Positions 28,609 through 37,325 are shown, counted from the stretch's first letter. The stretch is DNA of 64,000 bases from Clostridia bacterium (GCA_017621085.1 JAGATW010000028.1:4107-68106); one strand, 5' to 3'. Numbers and translations: made by a program. The notes: generated by a model from the sequence alone, not told the origin.

Positions 28609-29367
28609 TTAATAGCAAAACATTTTCAGCATTGATGGAATGTGCATAAATGAGCCATCAATTCGATATAAAAGCTCGTTTTTGCTTTCTTTTGGTGTAA
28701 ATGGTATTTCCTTTAATGCTATTTCAACCTCATTTTCTTGGATGTTAGACTTTATTGCAATTTCTTTAATGGACACAAATTTATCAAAATCGTTAATTGT
28801 TAAATCATACAAGGCATATAAAACACGCATTACATTTGGTTTGAGTAGCTTTTCCATACTTAAAGCAATTTGATATTGCTCCACCATATTTGGTGAGGTA
28901 TAGCTACCATTGTGAGAAAAATATATTCCATTACTACAACGTACAGTATTTCCACAAGGTAAAGAAGAAGCAGAATACCCCCACTTTTTAGGTTCGTTGT
29001 TTGCATAGTCTTCGTTAAATTTATACGGAAGATTATTTGCAAAGCCTTCACTTGATATTGCATCGTGTAAAAGAGTTGCCAATCTAAATGAATTTTCAAA
29101 AATTTCATTTGAGGGCAAGGAAGAAAGCATATTTTTTACTCTTAAAATTGTGTCTGCTTTACTTTCTATCGTTTCGCAACCGAGCAAAGAGTCAACAGTA
29201 ACCCCGAAAAACTTAGCTATTTCAGGCAAAAGCTGAATATCAGGACAACAAATTGAAGCTTCCCATTTGCTAACAGATTGATTTGTAACTCCTAAAGCAT
29301 TCGCCAATGATTCTTGCGTTATACCACTTTCTTTTCTTAAAAACGCTATTTGTTCATTTATCTTCAT
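28609..29367 (-). CDS. XRE-family HTH regulator with an uncharacterised C-terminal domain
   Basis: N-terminal HTH GITQESLANALGVTNQSVSKWEASICCPD. Confidence 0.75.
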   Translation of the reverse strand: MKINEQIAFLRKESGITQESLANALGVTNQSVSKWEASICCPDIQLLPEIAKFFGVTVDSLLGCETIESKADTILRVKNMLSSLPSNEIFENSFRLATLLHDAISSEGFANNLPYKFNEDYANNEPKKWGYSASSLPCGNTVRCSNGIYFSHNGSYTSPNMVEQYQIALSMEKLLKPNVMRVLYALYDLTINDFDKFVSIKEIAIKSNIQENEVEIALKEIPFTPKESKNELLYRIDGSFMHIPSMLKMFCY

Positions 29368-29506
29368 TTTTCAAAATCCTTTCATTGTTCTTGTAGCTAC
29401 AATTAAATTATACAGGACTTTTGAAGCAAATACAATGACGCATTTGTTTGATATGCAAATTTTCTTTCCAACTTGGTGTTGGATTTCTATTGACAGTTGA
29501 ATTATT

Positions 29507-29524
29507 TAATCTAACAAGTTATTG
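29507..29524 (+). promoter_or_regulatory. Conserved 18-nt box TAATCTAACAAGTTATTG overlapping the predicted -35 of the first HTH-TPR gene
   Basis: The same box, with one mismatch, lies upstream of the paralogous gene at 30431..30448. It contains the TAAC-NN-GTTA palindrome. Confidence 0.5.
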
Positions 29525-29588
29525 TTTATTTCTCTTTTGTAGTGTATAATCAAATTGTAAGCTTACAAAAACGATTTTGGAGGACACT

Positions 29589-30374
29589 ATGAACATAGGA
29601 AACAAAATAAAAGAGCTCAGAAAAAAGAAAGGTCTCACACAAGAGCAATTAGCTTCGAGTATAAATATATCTTTTCAAGCGATTAGTAAATGGGAAAATA
29701 ATATTGCTTTACCCGATATAACAATGATGCCTGTATTAGCTACATTTTTCGGTGTTTCTATGGATGAATTATTTGATTTCAGCTTAAAGGAAATGGAAGA
29801 GGACATAGAAAGAATAGTTGACGAAGCATATAAATACAGGGAAACTGATTATAAAAAAGGCAGACAAATACTTGAAGAGGGTTTGAAAAAATACCCAAAT
29901 AATGAAATATTGCTAAACAATCTACTGTATGTAATGAACTGCCGAGAAAACCCAGACGAAACAATAAAAATTGCAAGCTATTTAATTGAACAGACAAAAG
30001 AAGCAGACATAAAATATGATGCTTTAAGATTTTTGTCATATGCACTAAAGGAAAAAGGCGATATAGAGGGAGCAAGAAAGGCATTAGAGCAAATTCCCGA
30101 AATATATTTTACAAAGCTAAGTGAACTTGCATTTTTATTGACAGGCAAAGAAAAATTTGAGGTAGCAGATAAGCAAAAATGGATTTCATTTGAAAACCTA
30201 ATTCAAATGATGTGGAAAATAGCAGAATGCTACGAGGCAGAGGGAGAAACAGAAAAAGCCATTAAAGAAACTCAAATAGCTCTTAAAATGATTGAGCTTT
30301 TAGGAAATATGGAGTGCTTTAATAATTATGTAGAATTTTTTAATAGGCAAATACAACGAATGAGCAATAAATAA
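29589..30374 (+). CDS. XRE HTH + TPR-like helical repeat regulator (RRNPP-like architecture)
   Basis: ATG at 29589 follows GGAGGA. HTH is GLTQEQLASSINISFQAISKWENNIALPD. The C-terminus is helical and repeat-like (YKKGRQILEEGLKKYPNNEILLNNL...). Confidence 0.75.
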   Translation: MNIGNKIKELRKKKGLTQEQLASSINISFQAISKWENNIALPDITMMPVLATFFGVSMDELFDFSLKEMEEDIERIVDEAYKYRETDYKKGRQILEEGLKKYPNNEILLNNLLYVMNCRENPDETIKIASYLIEQTKEADIKYDALRFLSYALKEKGDIEGARKALEQIPEIYFTKLSELAFLLTGKEKFEVADKQKWISFENLIQMMWKIAECYEAEGETEKAIKETQIALKMIELLGNMECFNNYVEFFNRQIQRMSNK

Positions 30375-30381
30375 AGCGAAT

Positions 30382-30410
30382 CGAGTGCTGATTTTCGGCA
30401 CTCGTTTTCT
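30382..30410 (+). terminator. Terminator after the first HTH-TPR gene
   Basis: Stem CGAGTGC / GCACTCG followed by TTTTCT. Confidence 0.6.
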
Positions 30411-30430
30411 AATGATAGGTTAGTTTTTTC

Positions 30431-30448
30431 TAATCTAACGAGTTATTG
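30431..30448 (+). promoter_or_regulatory. Conserved 18-nt box TAATCTAACGAGTTATTG overlapping the predicted -35 (TTGAAT) of the second HTH-TPR gene
   Basis: 17 of 18 positions are identical to 29507..29524. TTGAAT, 17 nt, (TGc)TAAGAT follows. Confidence 0.5.
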
Positions 30449-30500
30449 AATTACAAAACTGATTATGCTAAGATAAAAGTGTAAAGCGGAGGTGAATACA

Positions 30501-31223
30501 ATGACAATAGGTGAAAAAATCAAGTATTTTCGTACTCAAAAAGGGATGACACAAGAAAAGTTAGCTTCTGAACTGTTTGTTTCATATCAAGCTGTTTCAA
30601 AATGGGAAAGAAACGAAACATTACCCGACATAACTGTTTTATCAAAGCTCGCAAAAACTCTTGAGGTATCGTGTGATGCAATATTGACAGACAACATAGC
30701 ACTAAAGCAAAGAGAGATAGAGAAAATTATTGATAAAGCAACAAAAGAAAAAATTGAAAACAGAATACAAATTTATGAAAAAGCAATAGAAAAGTTCCCT
30801 AATAACGAACAAATTATAATGGAACTTATAGTTTCTTACAGTATGGCAAATAATTGCGATAATTGGAACGGTTATAGAAAAAGCATAATTGCTTATGCTG
30901 AGTATATTGTAGCTAATACAAAAAATGCTCAATACAGATATAAAGCGATACAAATACTGTGTTATATTTACAGAGAAACAGAAAATTTTGATAGGATAAA
31001 AACACTTGCCGAAGAAATGCCAACCATTGAACAATGCAAAGAAGCATTGATATATCATTCTATGCAAGGAGTAGAATATAAAAATGGAATGTTTGATTAT
31101 GTTATAAAATTAACTGACACATTAGAAACAATTCTTTCGGTAATTTTATATCCAAAATCTACTGAAAAATTGGAAAGTTTAATGTGCGAAATTAGAGCCT
31201 TAACAAAAGATTATAAAATATGA
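30501..31223 (+). CDS. XRE HTH + TPR-like helical repeat regulator, paralog of the previous gene
   Basis: ATG at 30501 follows GGAGGTG. HTH is GMTQEKLASELFVSYQAVSKWERNETLPD. TPR-like block is IYEKAIEKFPNNEQIIMELI. Confidence 0.75.
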   Translation: MTIGEKIKYFRTQKGMTQEKLASELFVSYQAVSKWERNETLPDITVLSKLAKTLEVSCDAILTDNIALKQREIEKIIDKATKEKIENRIQIYEKAIEKFPNNEQIIMELIVSYSMANNCDNWNGYRKSIIAYAEYIVANTKNAQYRYKAIQILCYIYRETENFDRIKTLAEEMPTIEQCKEALIYHSMQGVEYKNGMFDYVIKLTDTLETILSVILYPKSTEKLESLMCEIRALTKDYKI

Positions 31224-31243
31224 ATTATTTGTGAAATGGCACT

Positions 31244-31307
31244 GTGGCGTGTGCTTGTATATATACAAGTGGCTCGGTTTCGCCTCGCCAATACAAGCAC
31301 ACGCCAC
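31244..31307. repeat. GC-rich nested palindromic element
   Basis: The 17-nt arm GTGGCGTGTGCTTGTAT (31244..31260) is exactly complementary to ATACAAGCACACGCCAC (31291..31307). An inner perfect palindrome CTTGTATATATACAAG lies at 31254..31269, and a TGGC...GCCA mini-stem lies between. Confidence 0.6.
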
Positions 31308-31398
31308 AACCGACTGAACAAACAAAAATGGGTAAATTGAACAAACTGACTACCAAAGATAAAAAGACAAAATACGAAGGCGAGTGAAATGAGTTTTT

Positions 31399-31429
31399 AC
31401 TTGTTATTTATCTTGTTTAAATAACAAGT
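31399..31429. promoter_or_regulatory. Perfect 12-bp inverted repeat ACTTGTTATTTA-N7-TAAATAACAAGT upstream of the PNPOx-like gene
   Basis: Read directly from the sequence. The arms contain TAACAAGT, the core of the 18-nt box at 29507. Confidence 0.4.
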
Positions 31430-31503
31430 ACCATTCTCTTTCTGCGGGTTGATTTATTTATAATTTTGTGATAAAATAATGCTATAAGTCTTTGGGGGTA
31501 TTT

Positions 31504-31980
31504 ATGTTTAGAGAGGTTAGTAGGAAAAAGCAGGCTCTTGCTTTTGAGGATATTGTTACCATATTGGTTAATGAAAGGCGTGGGGTTTTGTCTGTTTTGG
31601 GTGATGATGGGTATCCTTATGGAGTGCCAATGAATTATTGGTATAATGAGGAAAATGGGTACATTTATTTTCACAGTGGAAAAAAGGGACACAAGGTTGA
31701 CTCTATTATGAAAGACAACAAGGCTTCCTTTTGCGTATATGACAAGGGCTACAAAAAAGATGGCGAATGGGCATTGAATATTAAAAGTGTAATTGCTTTT
31801 GGTAGAATTTTTCCTGTTGAGGACTATGAAAAGTCAATGGAAATTTGCAAAAAATTAAGCTTAAAATATACAAGTGATATTGAATACATAGAAAATGAGA
31901 TTAAGAGCTTTGGTAATGCTACTCTATGTTTTGAATTAAGACCTGAGCATATTACCGGTAAGATAGTTAATGAGTCGTAG
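31504..31980 (+). CDS. Pyridoxamine-5'-phosphate-oxidase-like FMN-binding split-barrel protein
   Basis: Pattern LSVLGDDGYPYGVPMNYWYNEENGYIYFHSGKKGHKVD is typical of this family. ATG at 31504. Confidence 0.65.
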   Translation: MFREVSRKKQALAFEDIVTILVNERRGVLSVLGDDGYPYGVPMNYWYNEENGYIYFHSGKKGHKVDSIMKDNKASFCVYDKGYKKDGEWALNIKSVIAFGRIFPVEDYEKSMEICKKLSLKYTSDIEYIENEIKSFGNATLCFELRPEHITGKIVNES

Positions 31981-31985
31981 TTTTA

Positions 31986-32027
31986 CAAAAAAATTGCCTT
32001 CTCCTGTGAGAGAAGGCAATTTTTTAT
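31986..32027. terminator. Bidirectional terminator
   Basis: AAAAAAATTGCCTTCT ... AGAAGGCAATTTTTT between convergent genes. Confidence 0.75.
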
Positions 32028-32045
32028 TAAGTTTTGATTGCTTTT

Positions 32046-32693
32046 TTATAGATTTTCTAAAAATGTGCCAAGCTTTTGAGCTATGATTTGATGGCATTTA
32101 TCGTTAGGGTGGACTCCGTCCGGCATATATTCTCTGCACCACTCAGCGTTGTTGCCTAAGAGGTCATCGTCATAAAACAAGTCAAGGACCGGAACTGAAT
32201 TACGGTTGCAAACCTCTTTTACAGCCTTTGCATATTCGCAAAGAGGGTATTGTGTCACGCCCTCGGGCTTCCATGCGCCCCGACCGTCCTCGTTTAGTCT
32301 ATGTAATGGAGTCATAAACACAACGTGCTTAAATTGCTTTTTTAGAGTATCAATAAGCACCTGTACTCCACCATAAAAGGTGTACATTGTTTTGTCCTGT
32401 GGTGTACCTAAGGCAGCTTGACCCGTGCCAAAATCGTTTGTGCCACCGAAAACAACTACCATATCGGCATCTTCCATATTATTGGCGCGTAATATAAAAT
32501 CTCTGTCACGCACAAGGCTTGTAATTTCACCTTGACGAGCAATTCTTGTTCCACCCTCTCCATAGTTTCTTACTGCGCAAAGGTCATATTTTTTCTTTAA
32601 TAAGCTATGAAATACTGCATCTTGAGAGCTAACTCCTACGCCCTGCGTAATACTATCGCCTAAAAAATTTATTGTCTTTCCTTTTAGTTCCAT
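32046..32693 (-). CDS. SGNH/GDSL hydrolase (third of three tandem paralogs)
   Basis: Block I FLGDSITQG, block III VFGGTNDF and block V DGVHPN. Confidence 0.8.
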   Translation of the reverse strand: MELKGKTINFLGDSITQGVGVSSQDAVFHSLLKKKYDLCAVRNYGEGGTRIARQGEITSLVRDRDFILRANNMEDADMVVVFGGTNDFGTGQAALGTPQDKTMYTFYGGVQVLIDTLKKQFKHVVFMTPLHRLNEDGRGAWKPEGVTQYPLCEYAKAVKEVCNRNSVPVLDLFYDDDLLGNNAEWCREYMPDGVHPNDKCHQIIAQKLGTFLENL

Positions 32694-32694
32694 T

Positions 32695-33357
32695 TTATAA
32701 ATTCTCCAAGAATTTTTGTAGCTTATTTGCTATTAGTTTTTGTCCCTCGTCATTTGGATGTAAGCCGTCAGGCATATATTTTTCGCACCATGCCCAAACA
32801 CGAGCCGGCATTCCACTATCCTTGAACATATCGAGAACAGGAATTGAAAACAGCTCACAAACCTCTCTTATTGCATTTACAAAATCGCTAAGCGGCTTTG
32901 CATTTGGATTGTTCTCTTCCTTACGTTTATTATAGTCAAGCTCCTCATTTAATCTATGTAATGGAGTCATAAACACAATTGGCTTATCAGGGAAATTTTT
33001 AATTAGATAGAGGCAAAGTGTTTTTACAGCACCATAAAAGGTATAAACGTCATTATCCTCCATTGTGCCAAGTGGAATATTACCATGACCAAAATCGTTT
33101 GTGCCACCAAATACAACTATTATATCTACGTCCTTATCCATTCTTTCGGCACGCATATTAAAGTCCTCGTCAGATGGTGAGTCAGTTATATTATGCACTC
33201 TTGCAATACGGCTACCCCCAACTCCATAGTTACGTGCTTCCTTTAAGCCTGCATTTCTTTTAATTATGTTAGGGTAAAAGTTTTCCTCTTTTTCTACTCT
33301 TGCACCCTCTGTAATGCTATCACCAATAAAATTTATTTTCTTTCCTTTTAGTTCCAT
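32695..33357 (-). CDS. SGNH/GDSL hydrolase (second of three tandem paralogs)
   Basis: Blocks FIGDSITEG, VFGGTNDF and DGLHPN. Confidence 0.8.
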   Translation of the reverse strand: MELKGKKINFIGDSITEGARVEKEENFYPNIIKRNAGLKEARNYGVGGSRIARVHNITDSPSDEDFNMRAERMDKDVDIIVVFGGTNDFGHGNIPLGTMEDNDVYTFYGAVKTLCLYLIKNFPDKPIVFMTPLHRLNEELDYNKRKEENNPNAKPLSDFVNAIREVCELFSIPVLDMFKDSGMPARVWAWCEKYMPDGLHPNDEGQKLIANKLQKFLENL

Positions 33358-34001
33358 TATAAGTTCTCCAAGAATTTTTGTAGCTTACGCGCCATTATAT
33401 CGTGTCCAAAATCATTTGGATGCAAGCCGTCAGGCATATATCTGTCGCACCATACCCGCATATTTCCATTCATTCCACTCTCCTTGTACATATCAAGAAC
33501 CGGAATTGAATAGTACTCACAAACATCTCTTATTGCTTGAACAAAGCAAACTAAATCACTTGATTTGCCACTCCAGCTAAATGCTTTTTCCTCCATTCTA
33601 TGAATAGGAGTCATAAATACTATTGTTTTACCAACATATTCTTTAATTAGGTATTTACAAAGGTGGTGCATTCCACCATAAAAGGTTGTAATGTCCTCGT
33701 TATCCATTGTTCCTAACGGAATTGTTGCGTGGCCATAATCGTTTGTGCCACCAAATACAACTACTATATCTGCATCCTTTTTCATTTCAGGTGCGCGAAG
33801 GTTAAAATCCTGGTCGAATGGGTCCTTGGTTACCTCTAACAGTCTTGCTATTTTTGTTCCGCTTTTACCATAGTTACGAGCTTCCTTTAAGCCCACATTT
33901 TTCTTTAATACTGCATGATAGATGTAATCAGGTCCACTTGTGCCAACACCCTCTGTAATACTATCACCTAAAAAATTAATTATCTTTCCCTTTAGCTCCA
34001 T
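33357..34001 (-). CDS. SGNH/GDSL hydrolase (first of three tandem paralogs)
   Basis: Blocks FLGDSITEG, VFGGTNDY and DGLHPN. Confidence 0.8.
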   Translation of the reverse strand: MELKGKIINFLGDSITEGVGTSGPDYIYHAVLKKNVGLKEARNYGKSGTKIARLLEVTKDPFDQDFNLRAPEMKKDADIVVVFGGTNDYGHATIPLGTMDNEDITTFYGGMHHLCKYLIKEYVGKTIVFMTPIHRMEEKAFSWSGKSSDLVCFVQAIRDVCEYYSIPVLDMYKESGMNGNMRVWCDRYMPDGLHPNDFGHDIMARKLQKFLENL

Positions 34002-34076
34002 TGCTCTTCTCCTTGAATTTCATTAAGTTTATTTTAACAATATTTGTTAAAATATTCAAGGCTTTACGGTGATTTT

Positions 34077-34985
34077 TTAAAATAAAATTGGGAAAGTAAA
34101 TAGTATTTCCTTAAGCTTTAAGTAAATATCTGTTATTTGGCTTATCGGTAAGGGGTTTTCACCAATTCCACACTCTATTGTAAATGAGGGCTTATCGTAT
34201 TCCTTTATAAGCCAGTCTGTAAGCCCACCGTATTGTCCTGTGCCATTACTTTCAGACAACTTATAACCTGTTATTCTTGATATTAGCTTTCCTATATATT
34301 CTGCCTTAGATAAAGCTTTTTCTCTTGATTTACAATATATTTCCTCGCCCTGAGTGTGAAATGTCAGCACTCCTTCTATTTCGTCCATATGTAGTCTTAT
34401 AAAATTGGCAAGAGCGCTTACCTCCGGCTCACTTTCAGGATATTCCCCACTGTATTTTGCTCTGCCGTTTGTTATTCCCAATTCCTTTTCTATTTTCTTG
34501 TATTCCTCAAAGTAGGCAGTATAATTATGGTTTAAATCTACTCCCCGTCCGTTTGCACTCCAGTTTGAAAAATCCTCTGAGCCATTGTAGTTAATTATTC
34601 TATCTCTTATAGGATTGTCATCTTTTATTCCCTGCAATCTATACTCGACCCCATCAGGATTTAGCATAGGGACAATATAAATTTTTCTCATTTTGTATAG
34701 GTATCTTGTATTTATTTGATACATTTGTCCGTATCTTTCGTATGCCTCTAAATAGTCCCTTATAAAGTTAAGCATTACTGATGTGCATACATTTTCATTT
34801 GCGTGGTGAGTGGAAACATACAAAACCGATTTTTGAGCACTTCTATCTCCTAAGGTTACTATTGGTATTGACTTTGTAAATACGCTTTCGCCAATATAGG
34901 ATATATTAAGCTCCTCGTGGTTTAATTGTAGCTCGTTTAGCTCCTCCATTAGCTGATTATGAGTAAATTCTCTTGAATATTGCAT
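34077..34985 (-). CDS. M14-family zinc peptidase (gamma-D-glutamyl-diamino-acid endopeptidase-like)
   Basis: Blocks STHHANE (HxxE) and LTFHTQGE. Start moved to the ATG at 34985 (MQYSREF), which follows AAGGAGA. Confidence 0.7.
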   Translation of the reverse strand: MQYSREFTHNQLMEELNELQLNHEELNISYIGESVFTKSIPIVTLGDRSAQKSVLYVSTHHANENVCTSVMLNFIRDYLEAYERYGQMYQINTRYLYKMRKIYIVPMLNPDGVEYRLQGIKDDNPIRDRIINYNGSEDFSNWSANGRGVDLNHNYTAYFEEYKKIEKELGITNGRAKYSGEYPESEPEVSALANFIRLHMDEIEGVLTFHTQGEEIYCKSREKALSKAEYIGKLISRITGYKLSESNGTGQYGGLTDWLIKEYDKPSFTIECGIGENPLPISQITDIYLKLKEILFTFPILF

Positions 34986-35101
34986 ACATTTCTCCTTTAA
35001 TGTGTTTTTTTTATGAAAATTTATAGTTTTTTTAACATTATATCTTCTATTTTTGTTATTTTTATGATACAATAGGTTAGATTACTTTTAGGTAGGTATT
35101 T

Positions 35102-35833
35102 ATGAATAAGAAATTTTTTAAGCTGTCCTTGACGCTAAATGTTATTTTCGCCCTTGTGGCTGTTGGTTTTTCTCTTATTTTTTACTTCTACTCCACTCAG
35201 GTGTATGAGGGAGAATCTTTTTTAAATTTTCTTTTCTATGTAAAAACATTTTTTGATTTACTTGCTGTGTTTGTAGGATATACTACAATTATTTACGCAT
35301 TCTCCCAATTTGATTTCAAGAATGGCTTATTATCAATTGGAGTTTTCTCTATTTCGTTCCTTATTTCATTTGTATTTCAGGTTGTAGGCTCTATTATTGA
35401 TAACACCGGCGAATTTACTGTTGATTTCTTTGTATATGTAATATATTATTCATTTGGCCAAGGCTTTATTACCCAAATGGTTCCTGCATTAGTCCTTGCT
35501 TTAATTACCTACAAGCTTACTAAAAACGGAACTCAAAGAATTAAGAGCTTTTTCTCTTGGACAAATTCCATTCAAAAGGTTATGCTTGTTGGAACTCTTG
35601 TGATTTTTGGTCTTAACCTTATTTCCCACACAGGCTTTACTATGCTACCGAATCTAATAACCGAGCTAAACGACTATGGCTCAATTACACACGACCACTT
35701 AACTGCTATTATTGTTTCTTATGTGGAAATTTGCGTCTTTTATCTTGTAATGCAATATACTGTTTACTACTTTATGTATAAAATTTACCATGGGTTTGTT
35801 CTTAACAGCTCTAACAAAAAGGAGACTATATGA
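35102..35833 (+). CDS. Polytopic membrane protein, function unknown
   Basis: 243-aa ORF with about 6 hydrophobic helices. ATGA overlap with the next gene. Confidence 0.6.
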   Translation: MNKKFFKLSLTLNVIFALVAVGFSLIFYFYSTQVYEGESFLNFLFYVKTFFDLLAVFVGYTTIIYAFSQFDFKNGLLSIGVFSISFLISFVFQVVGSIIDNTGEFTVDFFVYVIYYSFGQGFITQMVPALVLALITYKLTKNGTQRIKSFFSWTNSIQKVMLVGTLVIFGLNLISHTGFTMLPNLITELNDYGSITHDHLTAIIVSYVEICVFYLVMQYTVYYFMYKIYHGFVLNSSNKKETI

Positions 35834-37221
35834 AAAAAATAATTTGTATTTTTCTTGTTCTTATAACGGTATTTTCTGTTTGTGCTTGCTCTTGCATAAG
35901 AGGAGAAAACAAATATGAGTATGAGGACATGACTGAATATATTAAGCTTCCAAATTACAAGGACCATACCTACTCCGTTGAGGTTGATTCACTTAAGCTT
36001 GCTGTTGGCACATATCTTATGCAGTATTCCTCTGAATATACCGTAAAAAGAGGCGACAGAATAAATGTTGACTTGAATTTCTATGAAATTCTTGACCCGG
36101 TTGTTGATATAAAGGGTAATGAAATAACAGAGCTTAAGTCTGATGATTTATGGCTTGAAAACGTAGCAACTCCTACTGTTGATGGTGGCTATCAAATTTC
36201 ATATTTGATTGAAAACAATATGATTGGTTTGAAAATCGGTGCGGCTGCTATTACAAGAAAGCTTACTCTTGCTGATGATTTTTACAAAGAGGAATATCGT
36301 GGCAAAGAAATTTTTGTTGACATTAAGGTTAACAATGTAGCTGTTGATGTTGGCGATGTTTTGTTAGCTTCTTACACAGGCTACTATATTGATGCTGATG
36401 GTAAAATTGTTCAGGAAAACGGCAAGGATAAAATCTTTGATGAATCCGACTCCTCCAGCTTCTATGTTGGTGCTAACTTAGCAATTGATGAGTTTGAAGA
36501 GGGTCTTATTGGAATGACAATTGGTGTGGAAAAGGATATTTATGCAACATTCCCATCAGAGTATGAGCCGGCTCCTGAGCTTGCAGGACAAAGAGTTTTA
36601 TTTAGAGTTAAGGTAAAGTCCCTCTATACTCCTCCTGTTTATGATGATAAATTTGTAACAACATATTTCTCCGGTATTAAAACGGTTGCTGAATTTGAGG
36701 AAAAGCTTAAGGAAGAATATGTTCTTTCATTAGTTTACGATTACATTTCCGAAAATGCACATGTTATTGAATATCCTAAGGCTGAATACAAGGCAGCTTT
36801 AAGACAGCTTATTGAAATCGAAGGCGTTTTTGCTGAGAATATGAATGTTACTCTTGATAAGTACATCGAACAGGAATATGGAATGACACGTGATGCCTAT
36901 GTAAAGTCTAATATGAAAACAGAAATGATTTTCTATTCATTACGTAATATATTAGGCGATGCCGTTATTCCTACCGATACTGAGCTTAAGGCTGAGCGCG
37001 ATGCTTTAATTGCTTATTATAAAAATAGCTATATGCAAAATGATGGTCTTACTGAAACTGTTGCTACAACAGAGGCAAAGGAGTTTGTTGATGCACTTGG
37101 TGAATCATATATTTATGAGCAGGTGCTTTACTCAAAGATTGACAAGGTAATTCCAACACAGGTTGAAATTGAAATGATTCCTGCTACAAAGAGCTATGTA
37201 TTTGATGCAAAGGCTGAATAA
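35830..37221 (+). CDS. Lipoprotein with trigger-factor-type FKBP PPIase domain(s) and a TF-like C-terminal helical domain
   Basis: Lipobox VFSVCAC. The block FYVGANLAIDEFEEGLIGMTIGVEKDIYATFPSEYEPAPELAGQRVLFRVKVKSLY matches the trigger-factor PPIase pattern (G..FIPGFE..L.G...GE......FP..Y....LAGK...F.V.V). A weaker upstream copy is present (VKRGDRINVDL...YRGKEIFVDIKVNNV). Confidence 0.65.
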   Translation: MKKIICIFLVLITVFSVCACSCIRGENKYEYEDMTEYIKLPNYKDHTYSVEVDSLKLAVGTYLMQYSSEYTVKRGDRINVDLNFYEILDPVVDIKGNEITELKSDDLWLENVATPTVDGGYQISYLIENNMIGLKIGAAAITRKLTLADDFYKEEYRGKEIFVDIKVNNVAVDVGDVLLASYTGYYIDADGKIVQENGKDKIFDESDSSSFYVGANLAIDEFEEGLIGMTIGVEKDIYATFPSEYEPAPELAGQRVLFRVKVKSLYTPPVYDDKFVTTYFSGIKTVAEFEEKLKEEYVLSLVYDYISENAHVIEYPKAEYKAALRQLIEIEGVFAENMNVTLDKYIEQEYGMTRDAYVKSNMKTEMIFYSLRNILGDAVIPTDTELKAERDALIAYYKNSYMQNDGLTETVATTEAKEFVDALGESYIYEQVLYSKIDKVIPTQVEIEMIPATKSYVFDAKAE

Positions 37222-37283
37222 TCAATAAAAAATAACAGGCTAATATAAATTAAGTTTGCAATGCAACCTATATAAAAATCAAT

Positions 37284-37325
37284 AAAAAAACAAGGTCTTT
37301 CGTTTGTAAGACCTTGTTTTTTTAT
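37284..37325 (+). terminator. Terminator after the TF-like lipoprotein gene
   Basis: Stem ACAAGGTCT / AGACCTTGT followed by T8. Confidence 0.75.

Noticed and set aside
31328-31387. 19-codon ORF (MGKLNKLTTKDKKTKYEGE) downstream of the HTH-TPR genes, considered as an RRNPP signalling pro-peptide
   Set aside because: It has no RBS and no signal or hydrophobic segment, and it is highly charged. That is unlike known RRNPP pro-peptides, so I cannot support it.
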